A stretch of 64,000 nucleotides of DNA from Solirubrobacterales bacterium (GTDB lineage: Bacteria; Bacillota; Syntrophomonadia; Syntrophomonadales; DTU052): positions 79,534 through 143,533 of the forward strand of contig JBLMZI010000005.1 of NCBI GenBank assembly GCA_050258755.1. The letters run 5' to 3'. A program made the translations under genes and the position numbers. Positions 34,924-44,161 of the stretch are shown here, one piece after another (the stretch's first letter is position 1; each line of letters opens with the position of its first letter). The notes beneath the pieces are model-generated. The model saw nothing but the letters and a program-made list of their open reading frames with translations. It ran no database searches and was not told the DNA's origin.

Positions 34924-36903
34924 ATGCCTGAACATGACAACAGCATTCTGCTAAACAAGGCTTCTTCACAGTATTCCAACACGGCGCGGGCAGATTATTC
35001 CGTTCCTGCGGATCACGAATCCCCGGATGTTGGGCGAGTGAAGCTCGCGGCTCAATTACCGGCGAGCGCAGCGCCGCGGGATGTATTGGCACTGCAGTCA
35101 GTGATCGGGAACCGGGCCGCGTCGCAGGTCGTTCACAATAAAACCAAGGCGCCTTTCGTGAGACCCCCGCTGAAACGTTCGGAGCAGCATGTTACTAAGG
35201 CAGATCTGGATCAGCCGGCCGTCCGTACGAAGCAGCCTGCCTCCAGTTCGAGCTCGAGTGCGTCCGATAACGTGCTTTCGGCCAACGAAAGCCCGAAAGC
35301 ACAGCCTATCGATACGAACCAGCCGGCTGCCAATCCGAGCACATCGTCCAGTTCTAATGCGAATACGGCGTCTGGGTTTCGGAGACCGGCGATTCAGCAC
35401 TTCCGCTTTTCATCGAAGCAAACGGCGCAGGGCCAGCCAACGGTTAACCCGAGCACATCGTCCAGTTCTAATACGACCGCGCCCACCGCGCAGCGCTCCG
35501 CGCCGAATGCGAGCGAAAACGGCTCGGCCACTGAAAAGGAGACGCCGATCGTCTCCCTGTGGAAGCAAATGAGCGGCAGAGAAATGAACCAGGCGCGGGT
35601 GGAACGGGAAAAACAAGAGGCTTCAAATCTGGAGAAGATCACGGATACCCATCAGAAAAAGACGAAGAGCGAACTGGAGTCGCTGGCACCCAGCAAGGAC
35701 AAAGCGCAAAAACCATCGGATTATGTAGCCGCGAAGCAAGGCACGGATGCGGGTGACATTTCCGCCACGGCAGATGATCCTCGGCTTGGGTATCAGTTTA
35801 ACCGATCATCGGACACCGGGAACTGGCTTTCCCGCAAGGTGAAGCGAGGCTGGGAGTTAACCAAAGAGGGCGGCGCCGATTTGTGGAGCAAGATGCCTTT
35901 AACCCACTCTGTGCTGCCTGGGGAAGACTATGCGACGCAGAAGCAGTCGCTGGGGGAGCGGGCCTGGGAGAGTACCAAAGCAACGGCTTCCGGCGCCCTT
36001 AGCAAAGGCGTCAGGTCGATTCCGCTGATTGGCAGCGGCGTGAAGGGCTATGATGCCTACAAAGCAAGCAAAAAAGAGGATGCGGCAAAACAAGTGGCGG
36101 AAAACGCCTCCAAAGCAAACGCGGACCCGAAGCATCCTTCGCTGCTGGAATCCATGGCGAAGGGGATGGAATCCGGGTATCACAAAGAAAAGTACAATAA
36201 GGGCGTTAATGCGGCGACCAGCTTGGTCGGAGACGCTTTGTCCGCATTAACGCTCGGCGGCAGCACCGCGGTAACCGGACCGCTCAGCAGCGCGTTGTCA
36301 AGCGTGGTGGATGTAGGGGCCTCGACCGTCAATTCAGGGTTGACCAACAGTGCCGACCTGACGACCAGTCTGGTTTCAAAGGCGATGGGTCCCAGCGCGC
36401 AGGAATCCAGGAAGCTGGTTGCCAGCAGCCATGACCAAAACGTCAGATCTGAGGCGGTGAAACAAGTGGTGAAGACCGATCCGAATGCCGCCAAAGCCAT
36501 GCTGAAACACTTGAAAAAAGGTCAGATGTCACACGATGAGGAGCTGTACACGAACACCCGTATTCAGCAGCCGAAGGGTGAGCATACAATGAAGCCCAGC
36601 CAGGTCAAGCAATTGGGCGATCAGGAAAAAGCCCGGCTTCGGCTTCGTGAAAACATGGGGGTCGATCCGCTGGATAACGCCGGCACGAAGGCGGAGAACA
36701 CCCCGCAGGTCAATCAGCAGGCAAAGCCGAAGCCAATCCTTGTTCGGCAGAAGAACGCGAAGAACCTGTTGAAGAACGACACCGGGGTCCCCGAAGCCCC
36801 GGATCTGCCGGAAATGGGTCCAAAGGAATTGCTGAAGACAAAAGTGAAACCACCCACGAAGAACAGCGGCCTCAATAAACTGATTTTGAACGATGAGTCG
36901 TAG
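34924..36903 (+). CDS. Large low-complexity hypothetical protein (Ser/Pro/Ala/Lys rich)
   Basis: GAGGAGGG lies 6 nt before ATG 34924 (ORF opens at 34858). N-terminal LALQSVIGNRAASQVV motif, Ser-rich internal repeats, and a Gly/Ala/Ser-rich amphipathic C-terminal half. Confidence 0.65.
   Translation: MPEHDNSILLNKASSQYSNTARADYSVPADHESPDVGRVKLAAQLPASAAPRDVLALQSVIGNRAASQVVHNKTKAPFVRPPLKRSEQHVTKADLDQPAVRTKQPASSSSSSASDNVLSANESPKAQPIDTNQPAANPSTSSSSNANTASGFRRPAIQHFRFSSKQTAQGQPTVNPSTSSSSNTTAPTAQRSAPNASENGSATEKETPIVSLWKQMSGREMNQARVEREKQEASNLEKITDTHQKKTKSELESLAPSKDKAQKPSDYVAAKQGTDAGDISATADDPRLGYQFNRSSDTGNWLSRKVKRGWELTKEGGADLWSKMPLTHSVLPGEDYATQKQSLGERAWESTKATASGALSKGVRSIPLIGSGVKGYDAYKASKKEDAAKQVAENASKANADPKHPSLLESMAKGMESGYHKEKYNKGVNAATSLVGDALSALTLGGSTAVTGPLSSALSSVVDVGASTVNSGLTNSADLTTSLVSKAMGPSAQESRKLVASSHDQNVRSEAVKQVVKTDPNAAKAMLKHLKKGQMSHDEELYTNTRIQQPKGEHTMKPSQVKQLGDQEKARLRLRENMGVDPLDNAGTKAENTPQVNQQAKPKPILVRQKNAKNLLKNDTGVPEAPDLPEMGPKELLKTKVKPPTKNSGLNKLILNDES
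35335..35472 (+). repeat. In-frame direct repeat within the low-complexity gene
   Basis: A 24-nt perfect repeat CCGAGCACATCGTCCAGTTCTAAT at 35335..35358 and 35449..35472 (114 nt apart) encodes PSTSSSSN twice. Confidence 0.85.
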
Positions 36904-36947
36904 GCGCGCCAGTTCTGCCGCAGTCTCCGGACCATTCAACAGATGCT

Positions 36948-36982
36948 GAAAAGGGTTCTGATTTCGATCAGAACCCTTTTTC
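36948..36982 (+). terminator. Rho-independent terminator
   Basis: AAAAGGGTTCTGAT TTC GATCAGAACCCTTTTT. Confidence 0.8.
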
Positions 36983-37163
36983 GGTTCGCTGACGCCCAAA
37001 CAGCGCCGAAGCTGATAAAAGTCACCCACATACTCCCATGATGCAGGAAAAAGACCGTTACTGGCGAAATATTAAAAATAGTTGGGATATTAAACAGAAA
37101 AACAAATGGGGAAGTGCGCTATTTGTCGAATGGCCGCATTTATGCAAAGGGGTGTGGAGAAGG

Positions 37164-38321
37164 ATGAGATGGAAGCACAGGGCAGGCAGGCTGTTGATCG
37201 CATTGGTATTGATGATGATGGTAGGCTTCGTCCCTTCCTGCGGTACGAAGAACCCGCCGCAGGAAAAGCTAAAGATCGGCGTGCTGGCAACCATGAGCGG
37301 GGATTTGGCGGTTTCCGGTCAGAACGCGCAAATGGCCATGGATATGTTGGTTCAGAAAATCAATGGTGGCGGCGGACTGAGTGTGGGTGGTAGTCAATAC
37401 CAGATCGAACTGGTCTATTTCGACGACTGCAACAATCCCGAAACGGCGGTGGCAGGCGCAACCCGGCTGATTAATAATGACAATGTGGTCGCCGTAGTCG
37501 GCCCCTCATTCAGCCGGCTGGCGATTCCGGTTTCCAAAGTGGCAGAACAGTCCGGAATCCCTATGATTACATCATCCAGCAATCCACTGACGACACAGAA
37601 CAAGACTTTTGTTTTTCGGCTGTCGTTTATTGATCCGGTGCAAAGCGATGTCCTGGCGCGCTTGGCGCGGGAGCAGCTGAAAGCGGAGAAAGCGGCGGTG
37701 CTCTTTGATATAACCAGCGAGTATAACCGCGGCCTGGCGGAAGTGTTTAAAGCATCTTTCGAAAAGGCCGGCGGTAAGGTTGTCGCCTATGAATCATATA
37801 CGCCCGACGAGAATAAGGACTTTTCGGCTCAAATCGCACGAATCAAGGCGAGCGGCGCCACGCTGCTGCTGCTGCCCAACTACCAGAACGAGCTTGTGGT
37901 GCAGGCGAAACAACTGCAGGAAGCGGGTCTGAAACTGATCCTTCTGGGCGGCGATTCCTGGGGCGGAAATGAAGCTGAACCCGGATTGGACGGTGGATAC
38001 TACACGGCGTTGTGGGCCCAGGATGATCCCAGCCCGGAAAATCAGGCATTTCTGAAGGAATACCGCAAGCTTTATCAAAAAGAACCGGACATGTCCAGCG
38101 CCTTATACTATGACGGTCTAGGTCTGGCGATCCAGGCGATGGAATCCCAGGGCGGGGTCACACCGGAAGCGATCCGCCAAGGGCTTGCCGCCATCAAGCA
38201 GTACAAAGGCGTGACTGGAAAGCTGACCTATGAGGGATTGCAGGATCCCAAACGCAGCATTCCGATTTTGAAGGTTACCAAAGGGAAAGCGATTTTTTAC
38301 AAACAGGTGGATATGCAATAA
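37164..38321 (+). CDS. ABC transporter substrate-binding lipoprotein, branched-chain amino acid (LivJ/type I PBP) family
   Basis: Lipobox FVPSCG. KIGVLATMSGDLAVSGQ and VVAVVGPSFS are typical of the family. No cognate permease or ATPase genes nearby. Confidence 0.8.
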   Translation: MRWKHRAGRLLIALVLMMMVGFVPSCGTKNPPQEKLKIGVLATMSGDLAVSGQNAQMAMDMLVQKINGGGGLSVGGSQYQIELVYFDDCNNPETAVAGATRLINNDNVVAVVGPSFSRLAIPVSKVAEQSGIPMITSSSNPLTTQNKTFVFRLSFIDPVQSDVLARLAREQLKAEKAAVLFDITSEYNRGLAEVFKASFEKAGGKVVAYESYTPDENKDFSAQIARIKASGATLLLLPNYQNELVVQAKQLQEAGLKLILLGGDSWGGNEAEPGLDGGYYTALWAQDDPSPENQAFLKEYRKLYQKEPDMSSALYYDGLGLAIQAMESQGGVTPEAIRQGLAAIKQYKGVTGKLTYEGLQDPKRSIPILKVTKGKAIFYKQVDMQ

Positions 38322-38351
38322 TGCGGTCGCCTGAAGGGGGAGCATAAACAA

Positions 38352-38387
38352 GAAAACGCCTGATTCATAGTGAAGTCAGGCGTTTTC
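38352..38387. terminator. Bidirectional terminator
   Basis: GAAAACGCCTGA ... TCAGGCGTTTTC. Confidence 0.75.
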
Positions 38388-38418
38388 CGTGCCAGTAATT
38401 ATTGGGGGTAACTTGTCG

Positions 38419-39372
38419 CTAATAAGCAATTTTAATTGCGGCTGCCTGATCCCACGGATAGCATTCGCATTTTCGCTGGTTCAGGGTTTCCGAGGCCAGA
38501 TAGGCGCTGTTTCCATTCTGCCCCTCGGTATAAGCTTTCAAGAGCATCTGAAAGGCCTTCTCGTAGTCGGTTGAACAGAACACTTTCAGAACTTTTCGAA
38601 GTGTATCCTGATCTCCGGGTGAATTAAGCCGGTTCACACAAAGCAGAAATACCTGTTCATCCTGAGAAGAAACGACTTGGAAGAGACCATTTCTGTCGGC
38701 CATGAAGTCGGCGGTAACGGTTGTTCCGTCCAATTCAACCACTTTCGCAAGCTCGGAGAATTCTCTCGGTGCCCCTGATGGGAGGACCAGATTTGGGTTT
38801 GGCCCGGCGAAAACAGGATTCGGCCCCGATGTTCCGGCAGGGCCGGCATTCGATTTTGCGGCATTTCCGGTCTGGGAGGAAAGTGCTGCCGTATCCGGGG
38901 TACTGGCCGTTCCGGAAGGAGCGATCGTCGGGACCGTTTTAGCAAGCGCCACTGTTCTCGTTGTTGGGTCCCACTGTACTTGAAGTCCAAGGATTTCCGA
39001 GATGAACCGCAAGGGAACCATGACCCGGCCATTCATCAACAGTGCGGGAGCGTCCAACGGTTTGGCCACACCGTCCACAAGCGGATTTTTAGATCCAACC
39101 GGCATTATAATCGTGGATTTGCCTTTGCGGATGATTGCCGCTGCGTCTTTGGCATTCCAGACCACATTCGCTTCCAGTGACTGCGCGACTGACCGGACGG
39201 GAATATACGTCCTTCCGTTTTGTATGTACGCCAATTGGTCGGGGAAAACCAGTTCAGTGCCGTCAAGGGTGACGGTGACATACACAGACCCGGCAGCAAA
39301 ACATGCGGAGGAAAACAAGATCGCGAAAAGAACTCCCAGAGAGACCAGAACCCATTTCGTTGTACCGTTCAT
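38419..39372 (-). CDS. Copper amine oxidase N-terminal (stalk) domain protein, secreted
   Basis: Signal peptide. Stalk-domain pattern DGTELVFPDQLAYIQNGRTYIPVRSVAQSL...MNGRVMVPLRFISEILG. Confidence 0.75.
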   Translation of the reverse strand: MNGTTKWVLVSLGVLFAILFSSACFAAGSVYVTVTLDGTELVFPDQLAYIQNGRTYIPVRSVAQSLEANVVWNAKDAAAIIRKGKSTIIMPVGSKNPLVDGVAKPLDAPALLMNGRVMVPLRFISEILGLQVQWDPTTRTVALAKTVPTIAPSGTASTPDTAALSSQTGNAAKSNAGPAGTSGPNPVFAGPNPNLVLPSGAPREFSELAKVVELDGTTVTADFMADRNGLFQVVSSQDEQVFLLCVNRLNSPGDQDTLRKVLKVFCSTDYEKAFQMLLKAYTEGQNGNSAYLASETLNQRKCECYPWDQAAAIKIAY

Positions 39373-39720
39373 AACATCGCCTCCAATGATTTACAAATAG
39401 TATGATACATGAACCTGCCCGTATATGTAAAATATTTCCATCGACAATTCCCGAACCCGTCGCTGCAGGGCGCCTGCCGAAAACATGTGAAAGCGCTGAC
39501 AGACGGGCATTTGTTGAATGCATAACCTCAGGCATTAATTGGAATTCTTTATCCATAAGCAGCGTATGTTGTGTGAGGGAGGCTGGGACTTACAGAATGG
39601 CTTTGAATATTTATGCTGGAGCGTTGATATGTAAAAATGAGGCCCGGCAGCAACATGTTCGACAATGGGGCGTCGAATGGGGTAATAAATGCTCAATTGA
39701 GTAAATAATTCAGAAAATAA

Positions 39721-39750
39721 TTGGATTATTGAGAATATGCGTAGTATAAT
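39721..39750 (+). promoter_or_regulatory. Putative promoter of the 97-aa gene
   Basis: TTGGAT-18 nt-TATAAT. Confidence 0.45.
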
Positions 39751-39804
39751 ATACACCAAGCGGCGATTGAACGCAGACTTGGAGAAGGGGAGGAGTAGAA
39801 AAAG

Positions 39805-40098
39805 ATGGAACAGAAGATTACCGAGAACATGGAAAACGCAACGAAATTCATGGACGAACTGAGTGAGAAGATGTGGGAAGCGTACATGAAGGGCCTTGAA
39901 GAAGGGCTCAAATTCACCAAAACCTGGACCGATATGATGATCTCTTCACTGGACCAGAGCAAGGAAGCCCAGAACAAGGCGGCGGTCATGGCCGAGGAAG
40001 CTATGAAAAACCTGAAAGACATGCAGTCCCAATTTCGGGTCAATTACACTGACGCGATGCGTCAGGTCTGGGAAAAGTATGCCATCAAGAAGTTTTAA
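39805..40098 (+). CDS. Hypothetical helical protein (97 aa, phasin-like composition)
   Basis: GGGGAGGAG RBS and a terminator after the stop. No firm family. Confidence 0.6.
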   Translation: MEQKITENMENATKFMDELSEKMWEAYMKGLEEGLKFTKTWTDMMISSLDQSKEAQNKAAVMAEEAMKNLKDMQSQFRVNYTDAMRQVWEKYAIKKF

Positions 40099-40121
40099 TG
40101 AATTGAAATAACGAGCGGTCT

Positions 40122-40153
40122 GCGGCGGTGAAAACCGCCGCTTTCTGTTTCTT
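40122..40153 (+). terminator. Rho-independent terminator
   Basis: GCGGCGGT GAAA ACCGCCGC followed by TTTCTGTTTCTT. Confidence 0.75.
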
Positions 40154-40161
40154 GGCTTGTA

Positions 40162-40728
40162 TTACGGCGCAAACCTGCGCTGCATTTCCGCCAGGAATAT
40201 ATCGACGGTTGGCTGATCGATGATGACAAAGCGGATGTCCCGCAGGATGCTGCTGGGGTTGTCGCTGCAGAAATCGATGACGGCCTGCAGCAGAATGCTT
40301 GCGCATTCCGTTTTTGGATAGCCAAAAATCCCGCTTGAAATGGCCGGAAAAGCGATAGAGCGCAGTCGGTGATGTTCCGCGAGCTGAAGGCTGTTTGTGG
40401 CTGCGCTGTATAACAATTCCGGCATGGTTTTATCGCCGCTCCGATAAATTGGACCAACCGCGTGAATCACACATTTCGCGTTCAGTTTACCGGGCCCGGT
40501 GAGTGCGGCTTGACCAGTCGGAACCCGCCCGATCTGGTTGCTTTCCGACTGGATTTCCGGACCGCCCCGGGATGCGATGGCGCCCGCCACGCCACCGCCG
40601 TGCTGAAGCCGTTCATCGGCGGCGTTGACGATGGCATCGACGGTTTGAACTGTGATGTCACCATGAATCAATTGGATGGTCTGGCCGGATGCCACCGTGT
40701 GCGCGGCGGTCGGACGCTGATGGGTCAT
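40162..40728 (-). CDS. Macro domain protein (ADP-ribose / O-acetyl-ADP-ribose hydrolase type)
   Basis: IQLIHGDITVQTVDAIVNAADERLQHGGGVAGAI and SSGIFGYP. ATG 40728 avoids overlap with the upstream EamA gene. Confidence 0.8.
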   Translation of the reverse strand: MTHQRPTAAHTVASGQTIQLIHGDITVQTVDAIVNAADERLQHGGGVAGAIASRGGPEIQSESNQIGRVPTGQAALTGPGKLNAKCVIHAVGPIYRSGDKTMPELLYSAATNSLQLAEHHRLRSIAFPAISSGIFGYPKTECASILLQAVIDFCSDNPSSILRDIRFVIIDQPTVDIFLAEMQRRFAP

Positions 40729-40744
40729 ATGAAACGCTCTCCTT

Positions 40745-41656
40745 TCAATCGCCTTCGCGGCAGCCAACTTCCAGTGGGTCAGCCGGCGGTACCTGTCGAG
40801 CGCGGTCCCGAAACACGCCGACCACACCCAGTACGACCATTGCGGCCCCACCGAGCACAGGAAGCGTGATTGTTTCATCCAGCAGCCACCAACCCAGAGC
40901 GAGAGCCAGAACCGGGTTTACATAGGAATAGGTCATCGCAATATTAATCGGGAGCAGCTCCAGGGCATAAATATAAGAAGTAAAAGCCAGGATGGAACCG
41001 AAGACCACCAGATAACCCCAGGCAGCCCAGGCAGTCACTGACGGATGAGGCATTTTTTCGCCCAACAGCAGAGAGATCAGCAAGAAAGCAACGCCGGCGG
41101 CGAGGTGTTGGTACGCCGAAGTTACCGGCGGCGACACCGAAACCGGGCGCCGGCTTTGCACCAGGGATCCGACGCCCCAGAGGAACGAGGCGCATACCAG
41201 CGCAGCGGGCGGAAGCCATCCCGTATTGCCAGGAGTCCCGATCGACGGGTACATCAAAACCACCAGACCGAGAAAGCCGACAATCAGGGAAACCGCCAGG
41301 AGCCATGATGGTTTTTTACGGTCCAGGACGGCATTCATTCCGGCAACCCAGATCGGGGTGGACGATACCATTAATGCGGCAAAGCCCGATGCGGCCGTTT
41401 GCTCGGCCCAAAGGACCAGGCCGTTGCCGCCGACCCAGAGCAGAATCCCGGAGACTGCAAGGGTGGCTAATTCGCGGCGATTTACCCGTACGCGATGTCC
41501 GCGCAGTGCGGCAATGCCCAGCAGAATGAAGCCGGCCACCGCTACGCGGCTGGCGCCCAGGGCAAAGGGGGCGAATCCGCCATTGGGGCCGACGGCCAAC
41601 CGAATCGCAAGATAGGTGCTGCTCCAAACGACATAGACGACAGAAAGGTACATCAT
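40745..41656 (-). CDS. EamA/DMT family transporter
   Basis: Ten hydrophobic segments in two EamA-like halves. The start is placed at MMYLSVVYVVW. The ORF opens at 41830, but that extension is not hydrophobic or family-like. Confidence 0.7.
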   Translation of the reverse strand: MMYLSVVYVVWSSTYLAIRLAVGPNGGFAPFALGASRVAVAGFILLGIAALRGHRVRVNRRELATLAVSGILLWVGGNGLVLWAEQTAASGFAALMVSSTPIWVAGMNAVLDRKKPSWLLAVSLIVGFLGLVVLMYPSIGTPGNTGWLPPAALVCASFLWGVGSLVQSRRPVSVSPPVTSAYQHLAAGVAFLLISLLLGEKMPHPSVTAWAAWGYLVVFGSILAFTSYIYALELLPINIAMTYSYVNPVLALALGWWLLDETITLPVLGGAAMVVLGVVGVFRDRARQVPPADPLEVGCREGD

Positions 41657-41898
41657 TCCGCGGGGTGTTACTTGTTTTGCCGGTGCGGTCAAAGGTTCAA
41701 CGCCTCTTTTCTGGAAGAATGGTGTGACTGATTTGATTGTACCATACCACCATTTTTCGGAGACTGCTGCCAGTTCGAGGTTTTGGATGGATTCAATCAG
41801 GAAAAGATGTAGACCAACAGGAAGAACCATGCTGATGGAAGAATAATATCCGGCAAAGAACCACCGGGAAAAATGGGAAAGGGAAAGGGGATAGGCGA

Positions 41899-42693
41899 TT
41901 GGCGCACGAGGTCGATTTTAAACTGTATGGGGACGACATGATGTTCGTCGAGGTTGAACTGGATCCGGGGGAAGCGGTCATTGCCGAAGCTGGTGCGATG
42001 ATGTTTATGGAAGACGGCATCGTGATGGAAACCATTTTTGGGGATGGCTCAGAGAAGTCAAACAGCGCCGGTCTGGCGGGAAAACTCCTGTCGGCGGGCA
42101 AAAGGCTGATTACTGGAGAAAGCCTTTTTATGACGGTGTTTTCCAATGCCGGGCAGGGGAAAAAACACGTTTCCTTTGCGGCGCCGTATCCGGGCAAGAT
42201 CATTCCGGTCAACTTGCCGGACGTCCAGGGAAAGATTATTTGCCAGAAGGATGCTTTTCTGTGTGCTGCCAAAGGGGTTTCGGTCGGGATTGATTTCAAA
42301 CGTAAACTTTCGGTGGGTCTGTTTGGCGGGGAAGGTTTCATCATGGAAAAGCTTGAGGGCGACGGAATGGCCTTTCTGCATGCGTGCGGCACGATCTATC
42401 AGCGGGATCTGGCCCCGGGCGAGCTGCTGCGGGTTGATACCGGATGCCTGGTTGCCTTGACCCGGGAGGTGAAATACGATATTGAGATGGTCCGCGGCAT
42501 CAAGTCCATGTTCTTCGGCGGCGAAGGGCTGTTTTTCGCGACCCTGCAAGGACCGGGCACGGTCTGGCTGCAGTCGCTCCCGTTCAACCGGCTGGCGGCC
42601 CGGGTGGCTGCCCTGATTCCGGCGCAGGGCCGAGGCGGTGAGGAGGGTTCGCTCCTGGGCGCCATCGGAAACATGATCGATGGGAACTCGTAA
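41899..42693 (+). CDS. AIM24 / TIGR00266 family protein
   Basis: FKLYGDDMMFVEVELDPGEAVIAEAGAMMFM and the C-terminal LQGPGTVWLQS are typical of the family. Confidence 0.8.
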   Translation: MAHEVDFKLYGDDMMFVEVELDPGEAVIAEAGAMMFMEDGIVMETIFGDGSEKSNSAGLAGKLLSAGKRLITGESLFMTVFSNAGQGKKHVSFAAPYPGKIIPVNLPDVQGKIICQKDAFLCAAKGVSVGIDFKRKLSVGLFGGEGFIMEKLEGDGMAFLHACGTIYQRDLAPGELLRVDTGCLVALTREVKYDIEMVRGIKSMFFGGEGLFFATLQGPGTVWLQSLPFNRLAARVAALIPAQGRGGEEGSLLGAIGNMIDGNS

Positions 42694-42712
42694 ATCTCGA
42701 CGGATCGAACGT

Positions 42713-42750
42713 AAAAAAAAGAACGCCGATGAAATCGGCGTTCTTTTTTA
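42713..42750. terminator. Bidirectional terminator
   Basis: AAAAAAAAGAACGCCGAT GAA ATCGGCGTTCTTTTTT. Confidence 0.8.
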
Positions 42751-42769
42751 CGGTGCTTGGAAGCGGTAA

Positions 42770-43258
42770 TTAGGACGCTTCCTGGTCATTGGACTGATCC
42801 CGTCCGCGCAGGTAGAGAAAGGCTCCGGCCCCGATCAGCAGCGCGGGCGGACCGAACTGCCGGACATAGTGGCCGACTTGGTGCCACGGGTCCAAGGCGT
42901 CGATGAGGTTATTTCCGAGCGCAAACACGCCGATCACCATCATCGCAATCCCAACCACTGTGAACCGGCTTTCTCCCAACTGTGAAAAAAAGTCCAGCAT
43001 ACCGCGGTCGGGAAGGTCTTCTCCGGCTTGGAACTTGCGGGCAACCGCAAAGGTATCGAAGAAGAAGTAGAAATACAGCGGAATCCCAAACATCGGGATC
43101 AACAGGTCTTCCAGACCAATCCAATTGCTGACCGCCATAATTGAAAAGAACAGGACCATGGCCTCAAAGCCCTTTTGGGTCAGACCGAGGTACATATACC
43201 CTGCGCCCGGCAGCAGGGAGAAGCAAAACAGCAGGAATTTGTTTACTTGCTTATCCAC
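42770..43258 (-). CDS. Hypothetical membrane protein (about 4 TM)
   Basis: Last gene of the ECF sigma operon. Overlaps the anti-sigma-like gene. Confidence 0.6.
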   Translation of the reverse strand: MDKQVNKFLLFCFSLLPGAGYMYLGLTQKGFEAMVLFFSIMAVSNWIGLEDLLIPMFGIPLYFYFFFDTFAVARKFQAGEDLPDRGMLDFFSQLGESRFTVVGIAMMVIGVFALGNNLIDALDPWHQVGHYVRQFGPPALLIGAGAFLYLRGRDQSNDQEAS

Positions 43259-43611
43259 TTGGCGGCATCCTCCTTAATAAGGTCATATTGAAGAAATATC
43301 CGATCGAGCAGCCGATCTCCCAAACCCTGGCTCTGCCGGGTGGTCTCGGCTGTTGCCGATTTTACTGAAACGGCGAGCGTTTGTACCTGGCTGCCGAAAG
43401 GCGTTACATTTAAAAACAGGATCAGGAACCCGGCCACAATCAGGCTGGCGCCGGCGGTCCGAAACTCGATGATCGGGCCTGGCTTGCGCTTTGCCGCCGG
43501 TTTTACCCCGGCGATTGCAGCCATCACCCGGCGGTCAAAATCCGGGGAGAGTTCGAATTCGCTGCGAGCCGAGCGCAGCAGTTGATCTAGCCGCCGTTCA
43601 TCTTGTTCCAT
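43243..43611 (-). CDS. Putative single-pass anti-sigma factor
   Basis: 122 aa with one TM (GASLIVAGFLILFLNV). Overlaps the stop of the ECF sigma gene. The call is by position only. Confidence 0.5.
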   Translation of the reverse strand: MEQDERRLDQLLRSARSEFELSPDFDRRVMAAIAGVKPAAKRKPGPIIEFRTAGASLIVAGFLILFLNVTPFGSQVQTLAVSVKSATAETTRQSQGLGDRLLDRIFLQYDLIKEDAAKWISK

Positions 43612-44153
43612 GCCGTTTCACCTCCCGGGTCCAGTTTTCTGGCCAGCATAGTCCGGCCGCGGGCCAGCTGGGTTTCAATCGTTTTTCTGGGTATATCCAG
43701 TGTTTCGGCAATCTCCTGACAGGGGAGATCGTGAAAGTAGTAAAGAATAATGACAGTCCGGTATTTTTCTGGGAGTTCCCGGACCGCATCCCGAACCTCG
43801 GCGCGCTCCGCCACCCGTTCTGCCGGAGGTGAGGCGCGGTCCCGCCAAATTTCAATCAGACGGGCCGGGCTTCGGGTCTGTTGGCGCCGCTGCCAGTCCC
43901 GGCATTTATTGACCGTGATCCGGTACAGCCAGGTTGAAAAGCGGCTGCGGTATTCAAACACCTTCAGGTTTTTGTATGCCGCAATAAAGACGTCCTGGGC
44001 AATATCCTCGGTATCCGCGTGAGACCCGGTCATATGGTACACCATACCGGCCACCTTGGTCCGGTAGCGCCGCAGAATCTCCGCGTATAATTCCGTATCG
44101 CCCTGAAGGATCAGGCGTACCACGTCTTCATCGGCAATGTCGTTGCTTTGCAT
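43587..44153 (-). CDS. ECF-type RNA polymerase sigma-70 factor
   Basis: Region 2 (DIAQDVFIAAYKNL, FSTWLYRITVNKCRDW) and region 4 (LPEKYRTVIILYYFHDLPCQEIAETLDIPRKTIETQLARGR). Confidence 0.85.
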   Translation of the reverse strand: MQSNDIADEDVVRLILQGDTELYAEILRRYRTKVAGMVYHMTGSHADTEDIAQDVFIAAYKNLKVFEYRSRFSTWLYRITVNKCRDWQRRQQTRSPARLIEIWRDRASPPAERVAERAEVRDAVRELPEKYRTVIILYYFHDLPCQEIAETLDIPRKTIETQLARGRTMLARKLDPGGETAWNKMNGG

Positions 44154-44161
44154 TACACCAG

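Noticed and set aside
39373-39804. 432-bp intergenic region, checked for riboswitch, sRNA or small-gene content (ORF 39402..39704, 100 aa).
   Set aside because: I recognised only a plausible promoter (39721..39750). The ORF is Cys/Arg-rich with no RBS. No conserved RNA motif was seen. An Rfam scan would be needed to say more.
41657-41830. N-terminal extension of the EamA ORF. Similar extensions occur on ORFs 8719, 9198, 17239, 34858, 37038, 40878 and 58020.
   Set aside because: The extensions lack family similarity. They overlap terminators, promoters or neighbouring genes, and better RBS-supported internal starts exist.
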